Shown piece after piece: positions 1 through 5,327 of a stretch of DNA of 5,363 nt; position 1 is the first letter of the stretch, and each line of letters starts with the position of its first letter. Under the pieces are notes generated by a model. The model worked only from the letters and a program-made list of their open reading frames with translations, had not been told where the DNA came from and did not search any database. The DNA comes from a virus (taxonomy: Duplodnaviria; Heunggongvirae; Uroviricota; Caudoviricetes). The stretch lies in IMG/VR virus record IMGVR_UViG_2913123054_000002, positions 1 through 5,363 of that record; one strand, 5' to 3'. The translations under genes and the position numbers were made by a program.

Positions 1-141
1 GAGCAGGTGATTCGACACAGCATCGCCAATGAATACCAGGGCTTGTTCGCGCCGAAAGGTGTTCGGCCTGAGACGTTGCCTCGGCAGGTTAACACCGTCT
101 CGTTTCCGGACAGTGCGATCCCACCAGGCTTCAGGGGGTAA
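1..141 (+). CDS. 3' end of an upstream gene (partial; probably the replication-initiator or primosomal partner of the DnaC-like protein)
   Basis: Frame 1 is open from the window edge to TAA at 139-141 (46 codons, ...NTVSFPDSAIPPGFRG*). It ends 6 nt before the DnaC-like gene, and AGGGGG at 133-138 serves as that gene's SD. Identity is inferred from position only; the fragment is too short to classify. Confidence 0.5.
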   Translation, partial: EQVIRHSIANEYQGLFAPKGVRPETLPRQVNTVSFPDSAIPPGFRG

Positions 142-147
142 CGAAGC

Positions 148-894
148 ATGAAAAATATTGCGACAGGCGGCGTTCTGGAACGTATCCGCAGACTGGCCCC
201 GCCACATGTAACCGCGCCATTCAGGACGGTGGCGGAGTGGCGCGAGTGGCAACTTGCAGAAGGCCAGAAACGTTGTGAGGAGATCAACCGTCAGAATCGT
301 CAGTTGCGGGTGGAAAAAATCCTGTATCGCTCCGGCATCCAGCCGTTGCACCGCAAATGCTCGTTTGCGAATTACCAGGTGCAGAACGACGGCCAGCGAT
401 ACGCGTTGAGTCAGGCGAAATCTATCGCTGACGAACTGGTTACCGGATGCACAAATTTCGCGTTCAGCGGAAAACCTGGTACCGGAAAAAACCATCTGGC
501 GGCGGCTATTGGGAATCGCCTGCTGAAAGATGGCCAGACAGTGATTGTGGTTACCGTGGCTGATGTTATGAGTGCTCTACACGCCAGCTATGACGACGGG
601 CAATCAGGCGAAAAATTTTTGCGGGAACTGTGCGAAGTGGATCTGCTGGTTCTTGATGAAATTGGCATTCAGCGCGAGACGAAAAACGAGCAGGTGGTAC
701 TGCATCAGATTGTTGATCGCCGGACAGCGTCGATGCGCAGCGTGGGGATGCTGACAAACCTGAACTATGAGGCCATGAAAACATTGCTCGGCGAGCGGAT
801 TATGGATCGCATGACCATGAACGGCGGGCGCTGGGTGAATTTTAACTGGGAGAGCTGGCGCCCGAATGTTGGTCAGCCAGGTATTGAGAAGTAA
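148..894 (+). CDS. DnaC-family AAA+ helicase loader (prophage replication protein, YdaV/DnaC-like)
   Basis: ATG at 148 with AGGGGG SD 9 nt upstream; 248 aa. Walker [16 protein letters not shown] at nt 469-513 and Walker [10 protein letters not shown] at nt 640-666. The N-terminal region (…[17 protein letters not shown]…) and C-terminal block (…[22 protein letters not shown]…NFNWESWR…) are collinear with E. coli DnaC as recalled from memory. Confidence 0.93.
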   Translation: MKNIATGGVLERIRRLAPPHVTAPFRTVAEWREWQLAEGQKRCEEINRQNRQLRVEKILYRSGIQPLHRKCSFANYQVQNDGQRYALSQAKSIADELVTGCTNFAFSGKPGTGKNHLAAAIGNRLLKDGQTVIVVTVADVMSALHASYDDGQSGEKFLRELCEVDLLVLDEIGIQRETKNEQVVLHQIVDRRTASMRSVGMLTNLNYEAMKTLLGERIMDRMTMNGGRWVNFNWESWRPNVGQPGIEK

Positions 895-916
895 TTTTTA
901 CCGGGAGGAAATTTTA

Positions 917-1678
917 ATGGAGACCGTTTTTGACGCACTGAAAGCGATGGGAAAAGCCACGTCGGTAGAACTGGCTACGCGACTTGATATCAGTCGAGAA
1001 GAAGTGCTGAACGAGCTGTGGGAACTGAAAAAGGCTGGCTTCGTTGATAAAAGCGTATACACCTGGCGCGTGGCTGATAACAACGTTCAGCAGGAACAGC
1101 CAGCGCCGGCAGAGCTGCCGGAAGAAACCACCATGGCAACAGTAGCGAAAATTTCGGAGAGCGATTTAAAAGCGGCGATTGAGCAACGTGGACCACAAAC
1201 GGCGGATGAACTGGCTACGCTGTTCGGTACCACATCCCGCAAAGTGGCTTCAACGCTGGCAATGGCAATCAGCAAAGGTCGTCTGATTCGCGTAAACCAG
1301 AACGGTAAATTTCGTTACTGCATACCGGGTAATAATTTACCAGCAGAGCCGAAACTTGAATCGGTAGCGGAAACTGATGGTAAAGCCTTTCCTCAGCCAG
1401 CAAGTGTTGCGTTACCGGTACAGAAAGATGCAACACAGGAAGATATTAAAACAGAAACTGTGGCGGACATTGTGCAATCGTTGCCATCGTTTACTGAAAC
1501 GCGCGCGGATGACCTGATTTTACCATCGCTGCATATGGCAAACCGCGAACTGCGTCGGGCGAAAGGCCATGTCCAGAAGTGGGAGCGTATCTGCGCCGCG
1601 CTGCGGGAGCTGAACAAGCACCGGGATATTGTCCGACAGATTGTCGATTCCTCCAGTCGTATTGTGTCGGAAAAGTGA
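917..1678 (+). CDS. Prophage protein with two winged-helix-like segments (possibly DUF1627/YdaW-like); putative DNA-binding protein
   Basis: ATG at 917 preceded by GGGAGG (903-908) at 8-nt spacing; 253 aa. The track start at 866 is upstream of the SD and overlaps the end of the previous gene, so 917 is preferred. Two HTH-like segments: [30 protein letters not shown] and [31 protein letters not shown]. The family name is recalled, not verified. Confidence 0.75.
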   Translation: METVFDALKAMGKATSVELATRLDISREEVLNELWELKKAGFVDKSVYTWRVADNNVQQEQPAPAELPEETTMATVAKISESDLKAAIEQRGPQTADELATLFGTTSRKVASTLAMAISKGRLIRVNQNGKFRYCIPGNNLPAEPKLESVAETDGKAFPQPASVALPVQKDATQEDIKTETVADIVQSLPSFTETRADDLILPSLHMANRELRRAKGHVQKWERICAALRELNKHRDIVRQIVDSSSRIVSEK

Positions 1679-1693
1679 TTGCCGGGGGCGCTT

Positions 1694-2116
1694 ATGGCAA
1701 AAGTATTTACACAAGAAGAGCGGGAAAAAATTAAGGGGCAGGTTGTTGAACTCGTGCGCCAGAGTGGGCGCGAGACGTTACGACAACTGGAAACCAAGAC
1801 AGGTGCGACAAGATATTTAATGAGCGTTCTCGCAAGAGAGCTGGTCGCCAGTGGTGATGTATACAACTCTGGCTACGGATTATTTCCCTCAGAACAGGCT
1901 CGTAAGGACTGGCAAAACGCCCGCAAAAAACTATCGAGGGCAAAGGTGAAGAAACAGGTTGTGGTTGATCCTGACCTTATCTGGTCATTACCCGACGGAG
2001 AAATACGCCGCTACGACAGGCGTATGAACATAATCTGTCGCGAGTGTCGGAAGAGCGAGGTTATGCAGCGCGTGCTGGCGTTTTATCAGAGGAATTTTCA
2101 GGAGGCGGCGCAGTGA
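1694..2116 (+). CDS. Hypothetical phage protein (140 aa), nin-region-like small gene
   Basis: ATG at 1694 with GGGGG (1684-1688) 5 nt upstream; follows the previous stop by 15 nt. Contains ICRECRK (CxxC). A TTG at 1679 is an alternative start. Stop TGA 2114-2116 overlaps the next start. Confidence 0.7.
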   Translation: MAKVFTQEEREKIKGQVVELVRQSGRETLRQLETKTGATRYLMSVLARELVASGDVYNSGYGLFPSEQARKDWQNARKKLSRAKVKKQVVVDPDLIWSLPDGEIRRYDRRMNIICRECRKSEVMQRVLAFYQRNFQEAAQ

Positions 2117-2319
2117 GCAGGATTGACTACCAGGAATTGGCTGCTGCTAACGCTTTCCTGGCGGATGTGCGGGCGGGGGCGTTTAACGACCTTTGCGCGG
2201 CGTTTGTCAGGCACGCAAAAATTGCAGGACTGGACGATGGCGATCTCGTTACGGTGAAAGAAGCGACTGATGCGCTGCTGCACTGTGCAGAACAGCTTCG
2301 GGAGGGATTCAAGCAATGA
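2113..2319 (+). CDS. Hypothetical small protein (68 aa)
   Basis: GTG at 2113 overlaps the upstream stop (GTGA), with AGGAGG at 2101-2106 at 6-nt spacing. The in-frame ATG at 2044 would overlap the upstream gene by 73 nt and has no SD, so GTG 2113 is preferred. Stop overlaps the next start (ATGA at 2316-2319). Confidence 0.6.
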   Translation: MSRIDYQELAAANAFLADVRAGAFNDLCAAFVRHAKIAGLDDGDLVTVKEATDALLHCAEQLREGFKQ

Positions 2320-2570
2320 GTGAATCAAAATGCCAGGTTAATGGCAATCAGATAGAACCGTGTGTGGCACTGGCAAAATCCCTTGAGCATGATGCTGAAT
2401 GCTCAGTAAGAAAAGGCTTACTGCTATACAAAATCTGGAATGAGAGTTTAACCCGTGGACCTGATTTGGTGATGTTGCGTTCCGGTGAGTTTTCTAAATC
2501 ACCAATTCGAGTTTCATTTTGCCCGTTCTGTGGTGAAAGTCTGAAAACGTGGGAGGAAACCAATGAGTGA
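2316..2570 (+). CDS. Hypothetical small Cys-containing protein (84 aa)
   Basis: ATG at 2316 overlaps the previous stop (ATGA). Cys at positions 6, 16, 29 and a C-terminal CPFCG motif suggest possible metal binding. Stop at 2568-2570 overlaps the next gene start. Confidence 0.7.
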   Translation: MSESKCQVNGNQIEPCVALAKSLEHDAECSVRKGLLLYKIWNESLTRGPDLVMLRSGEFSKSPIRVSFCPFCGESLKTWEETNE

Positions 2571-2991
2571 CCAATGGCGACCAGAAATTTGTCCGATAAC
2601 CGGACGTGCATTTTTTATGTGGATTGAGCATCCAACATTGGGAAATGTGCCGACATATGGTGGCCCATTAGATAGTTACACCATTCCAACAAAGGACGGT
2701 GACGGTGAGTTTTCATGTGAGCGTTATGATCATGATTTTGGCGGTTGGGTAGAAAGCGAATGTCTTGGGTTATATCTGATTGATGATAAAGAGCAATGCA
2801 GAGTCTATGAACTGGAGGAACGCGTTAAAGAGCTGGAGGCGCGGACAGTAGATCTTCCTCAACGGTTACAGCCGGGTGCTGATGGTTATGATGATTGGTA
2901 TGTACACAGCGCAGATGATGGTGAATATCTCAAAGCTGATGATGTTATCGCGGCAATCCGCGCCGCTAGTATTTGCATCAAAGGAGAGTGA
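2563..2991 (+). CDS. Hypothetical acidic phage protein (142 aa) with a short coiled-coil-like segment
   Basis: ATG at 2563 with GGGAGG (2551-2556) at 6-nt spacing; overlaps the upstream stop. Contains ELEERVKELEAR and an acidic C-terminal region (DGYDDWYVHSADDGEYLKADDV). It vaguely recalls Ead/Ea22-like prophage proteins; this is not verified. Confidence 0.72.
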   Translation: MSDQWRPEICPITGRAFFMWIEHPTLGNVPTYGGPLDSYTIPTKDGDGEFSCERYDHDFGGWVESECLGLYLIDDKEQCRVYELEERVKELEARTVDLPQRLQPGADGYDDWYVHSADDGEYLKADDVIAAIRAASICIKGE

Positions 2992-2992
2992 C

Positions 2993-3349
2993 GTGGAAAT
3001 AAAACCAGAAGATGAGTTAAGTAATATTGTTTTATTTCCGGTAAAAGAGGATGACCCACGTAATCAGGTTAATTTTCTTTATGAGCCATCGGAAAGACCA
3101 TATTGCCATCACGCTTCTGTTCGGGTTGATGAAAAAGAGCGTCAGGTCCGATGCAAAATCTGTGGCGCGGTTGTGGAACCATTTGACTGGATGCTCTCTG
3201 TGGCGAAAAGAGAAACCAGACTGGCAGATGATGTAAGGCTATTGCGCCAGGAGGAACAGGAAAGGCGGAAAAATATAGAAAAGCTAATTCAGATTGAGCG
3301 TAACGCGAAAGCACGGATACGCAGGGCGGCAAAAGCCAGAACTGAATAA
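2993..3349 (+). CDS. Hypothetical zinc-ribbon-like protein with a basic, coiled-coil-like C-terminal tail (118 aa)
   Basis: GTG at 2993, 1 nt after the upstream stop, with strong SD AAGGAGAG (2981-2988). The track start at 2876 lies inside the previous gene and gives an out-of-frame Met-rich artefact. Motif PYCHH-x17-CKICG, then a highly charged tail RLLRQEEQERRKNIEKLIQIERNAKARIRRAAKAR. Confidence 0.65.
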   Translation: MEIKPEDELSNIVLFPVKEDDPRNQVNFLYEPSERPYCHHASVRVDEKERQVRCKICGAVVEPFDWMLSVAKRETRLADDVRLLRQEEQERRKNIEKLIQIERNAKARIRRAAKARTE

Positions 3350-3420
3350 TAAAATCAGCGATGTAAATAAAATTTAATCCTTAACCGGAGGGATTTCTGC
3401 ACCCTCAAATCATCCGGAGG

Positions 3421-3436
3421 CCGCCCGAAAGGGCGG
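3421..3436 (+). other. GC-rich hairpin with a GAAA tetraloop (CCGCCC-GAAA-GGGCGG) in the intergenic spacer; candidate RNA regulatory or processing element, not a canonical terminator
   Basis: Perfect 6-bp G/C stem with a GNRA-type loop, read directly from the sequence. No U-tract follows on the plus strand (TAATAAAAAT). On the minus strand the T-run precedes rather than follows the stem. A flanking CCGGAG direct repeat at 3385-3390 and 3414-3419 gives additional pairing potential. Confidence 0.35.
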
Positions 3437-3472
3437 TAATAAAAATAGCTGAACTAATCGGAGAATAAAACG

Positions 3473-3667
3473 ATGAAAAACCGTAAAGCAAAAATTCTGT
3501 TAGCTCGCAGAAACGGTGTTGGGGTCTGGCGATGGTTGAGGATTAGTAACAGACGAGTGAGGTTGACGGGGTGTTGCGGGGTGATGGGTCACAGTTGTTG
3601 CAAAAAGCCCAACGCGGCACAAAACCGCTGGAGAAATCACAGTTCTAAGCAAATTAAATGGGAGTGA
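3473..3667 (+). CDS. Hypothetical small basic Trp/Arg/Cys-rich protein (64 aa); coding status uncertain
   Basis: ATG at 3473 with GGAGA (3460-3464) at 8-nt spacing; the stop at 3665-3667 sits 1 nt before the next start, suggesting coupling. Against: unusual composition, several rare Arg codons (AGA, AGG, CGA), and G-rich DNA with GGGGTG repeats. Confidence 0.42.
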   Translation: MKNRKAKILLARRNGVGVWRWLRISNRRVRLTGCCGVMGHSCCKKPNAAQNRWRNHSSKQIKWE

Positions 3668-3668
3668 T

Positions 3669-3887
3669 ATGACTACACTATTCAGGAAAAATTATCCGCG
3701 AAAGAGCAGAGCAACAGAATTCCTGTTTCTCATTCTGTTTATCGTATTGATGACACCGATATCCCCGCTAATTTTTGTCTGGGTAATCGGGAAAATAATT
3801 GAGCCCGTTATTGAATTGTATAACGACGTGGTATGGGCGTCGTTTAACGCACTACACAATAAAATTAATCCGTATAAGGAAGGTTGA
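3669..3887 (+). CDS. Small single-pass membrane protein (72 aa)
   Basis: ATG at 3669 with GGGAG (3660-3664) upstream. Basic N-terminus (RKNYPRKSR) followed by a hydrophobic stretch FLFLILFIVLMTPISPLIFVWVIGKII. Stop TGA at 3885-3887 is 1 nt before the next start. Confidence 0.6.
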   Translation: MTTLFRKNYPRKSRATEFLFLILFIVLMTPISPLIFVWVIGKIIEPVIELYNDVVWASFNALHNKINPYKEG

Positions 3888-3888
3888 A

Positions 3889-4560
3889 ATGACTGAATTA
3901 ACCAAAGAACAATTAGTCGAAGAAGCTAAATTAAAAATAGCGATTGCGAAATGCCACCCAAATTCAGGGATGGCACAGGTAGAGGGTGAGTTATTCAAAA
4001 TTGCACTGGCATCACTGGAAGCAGAGCCAGTGGCGTGGAAGGCAACCTTCACGCAAATTGATAATGAATATAATACGTTCACTGCTCTGTATTCTGACAA
4101 AGCAGAAGCCGAACGGTGGGTGCAACTGCATGAAATAGGTGACTTTCGGGCAGAAATAACACCGCTTTACGCAGCGCCGCCAGCGATGGTAGTGCCTGAT
4201 GAAATGGATTTGCTTACCTGTCATCTCGACGGTGTAACTGAAACATATGCTGATGGCTGGAACGCCTGCCGCGTCGCCATGCTTCAGGCCGGAAACTTTC
4301 GGGAAAATAAGAATTCGTCAACCAACTCTCCGGGAACTCCGGCTGGCTGGGTAAGCTGTAGTGATGCAGTTCCTGCGGAATACTGCGATGTGATTCTTCG
4401 CGATGATCTCGGGAATGTATTCCCCGGTTCCTGGGATAAGGTTTTTTGCCCCATTCGTGGCGGGAATAAGATGGCTTTTGTGGACAAAGACGGCATCGAA
4501 GTAGGGAGCTCAACTCACTGGATGCCGCTACCGGAACCACCGCAGGAGGTGAATCAATGA
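3889..4560 (+). CDS. DUF551-like prophage protein (223 aa)
   Basis: ATG at 3889 with AAGGAAGG (3876-3883) at 5-nt spacing; the track start at 3799 overlaps the previous gene. The C-terminal region (GWVSCSDAVPAEY…SSTHWMPLPEPPQ) matches the W…HWMPLPEPP signature I recall for DUF551 proteins in enterobacterial prophages; not verified by search. Confidence 0.75.
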   Translation: MTELTKEQLVEEAKLKIAIAKCHPNSGMAQVEGELFKIALASLEAEPVAWKATFTQIDNEYNTFTALYSDKAEAERWVQLHEIGDFRAEITPLYAAPPAMVVPDEMDLLTCHLDGVTETYADGWNACRVAMLQAGNFRENKNSSTNSPGTPAGWVSCSDAVPAEYCDVILRDDLGNVFPGSWDKVFCPIRGGNKMAFVDKDGIEVGSSTHWMPLPEPPQEVNQ

Positions 4561-4640
4561 CCTGGCCTGAGGCATTCACCACGGTAGGAATCGCAATGGC
4601 GGTGGCACTGGTTGTGTATTCGATTTGCCGCTGGGGATAA
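4557..4640 (+). CDS. 27-aa hydrophobic micro-protein (MTWPEAFTTVGIAMAVALVVYSICRWG), absent from the ORF track
   Basis: ATG at 4557-4559 overlaps the upstream stop (ATGA). A perfect SD AGGAGGT (4544-4550) sits at 6-nt spacing. One predicted transmembrane-like segment. The stop TAA at 4638-4640 lies 17 nt before the terminator stem. Confidence 0.45.
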   Translation: MTWPEAFTTVGIAMAVALVVYSICRWG

Positions 4641-4657
4641 AAACTGTCAAATAGAAA

Positions 4658-4676
4658 AGCCCCGATAGCCGGGGCT
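4658..4676. terminator. Bidirectional rho-independent terminator (AGCCCCG-ATAGC-CGGGGCT)
   Basis: 7-bp GC-rich stem with a 5-nt loop. On the minus strand it is followed by TTTTCTATTT, a strong U-tract. On the plus strand it is preceded by AAAA and followed by AAATTTAT, a weaker one. It sits between convergent genes ending at 4640 (+) and 4685 (-). Confidence 0.7.
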
Positions 4677-4684
4677 AAATTTAT

Positions 4685-4840
4685 CTACGATTCACATTTT
4701 GTGCATTTTGGAATTGGGAAGGCTTTTGCTTTCACTGGGTATACGCGTTTTCCTGATTCATCGTGATAGAAGCGACGGAACAAAATTTCGCAAGGTTCTC
4801 CACATTTACTGCATATTTTTTTATTAACAGTCTTTTCCAT
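4685..4840 (-). CDS. Small zinc-ribbon protein (51 aa, MEKTVNKKICSKCGEPCEILFRRFYHDESGKRVYPVKAKAFPIPKCTKCES), absent from the ORF track
   Basis: Reverse-strand ATG at 4840-4838 with AGGA 8 nt upstream; stop TAG at 4687-4685, immediately before the terminator, whose strong U-tract is on this strand. Two CxxC pairs (C10/C13 and C46/C49) are typical of a zinc ribbon. It is convergent to the upstream operon and lies in AT-richer DNA. Confidence 0.6.
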   Translation of the reverse strand: MEKTVNKKICSKCGEPCEILFRRFYHDESGKRVYPVKAKAFPIPKCTKCES

Positions 4841-5014
4841 AAAAGAGTTCCTGTATAAAAACACAAACTGTATTCCTGTTCAGTATTGCGTTTATCTACA
4901 GACCTGATACCCTTGCACATGTCTTTTCTGTGTGCTAAAGGGTGTCAGATCATTACGATCAACCTCCTTATCAATCACACTAGTTGCGATGCTGTAACAT
5001 CACAATCTCTATAG

Positions 5015-5052
5015 CCCCTTGCATCTTGAGTTTTCAGGACAAGGGGTTTTCT
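5015..5052 (+). terminator. Terminator-like extended hairpin followed by TTTTCT on the plus strand; alternatively a structured element in the minus-strand leader
   Basis: CCCCTTG (5015-5021) pairs with CAAGGGG (5040-5046). An inner stem TCTTGA (5024-5029) pairs with TCAGGA (5034-5039), including one G-U pair, around a GTTT loop. TTTTCT follows at 5047-5052. No U-tract follows on the minus strand. Confidence 0.4.
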
Positions 5053-5327
5053 ATGCTCATAACCGAGACCATCTGATCCTGGCGTAAACAAGCCCGTGGT
5101 GCAACCCCTTGCAAGCATGTAACTCATTGAAAAATGATCATTTTATCTGTTGACACGGAATAACAAACTGTCATTGTGCGGCTATGGCAAGTGGCAAATG
5201 CTTATAAATCATATGGATATAAATAGTACAGAAAGAGTTGTTTTCTCTAGGATATGAGTATGCGTCTAATGCTGATTGGTTGAATTTTGTTCTTGTTTTA
5301 AAGGGTAAGAGTTTAAAGTGTTGGCAG

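Noticed and set aside
572-754. Out-of-frame plus-strand ORFs embedded in called genes (572-754, 1629-1820, 3051-3236)
   Set aside because: They sit entirely inside better-supported reading frames and have no independent SD or sensible composition.
148-894. Reading the DnaC-like ORF as an IS21-type IstB transposition helper (mobile element)
   Set aside because: The Walker A context [15 protein letters not shown] and the N-terminal region match DnaC-type proteins as recalled. There is no upstream IstA-like transposase frame or terminal inverted repeat in the window, and the surrounding genes are phage-like.
1393-1866. 157-aa minus-strand ORF, plus other antisense ORFs (566-784, 898-1083, 990-1196, 1087-1275, 1520-1714, 1731-1943, 2098-2328, 2127-2312, 2348-2611, 3069-3332, 3852-4100, 4012-4224, 4214-4582, 4284-4496)
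   Set aside because: All lie antisense within the densely packed, SD-supported plus-strand genes, lack convincing ribosome-binding sites, and have low-complexity Ser/Arg/Cys-rich translations typical of shadow ORFs.
3421-3436. Intergenic GC hairpin as a rho-independent terminator separating the two operons
   Set aside because: No U-rich tract follows the stem on either strand; the T-run on the minus strand precedes the stem. It is reported only as a structured element.
3669-3887. 72-aa membrane protein as a holin beginning a lysis cassette
   Set aside because: It appears to have a single hydrophobic segment and no highly charged C-terminal tail, and the downstream genes (a DUF551-like protein and a 27-aa peptide) are not endolysin or Rz-like. 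No lysis module is supported.
866-3889. Longer N-terminal extensions from the ORF track (starts at 866, 1679, 2044, 2876, 3799)
   Set aside because: Each extension overlaps the upstream gene or precedes the SD. The downstream in-frame start (917, 1694, 2113, 2993, 3889) has a properly spaced SD and gives the compact stop/start coupling seen throughout the operon.
4732-4920. 62-aa minus-strand ORF from the six-frame track (MCKGIRSVDKRNTEQEYSL…)
   Set aside because: It overlaps the 51-aa zinc-ribbon frame, has no SD, its ATG lies inside hairpin H1, and it shows no motifs. The alternative frame has two CxxC pairs, an SD, and a stop adjacent to the terminator, so the 62-aa ORF is treated as a shadow frame.
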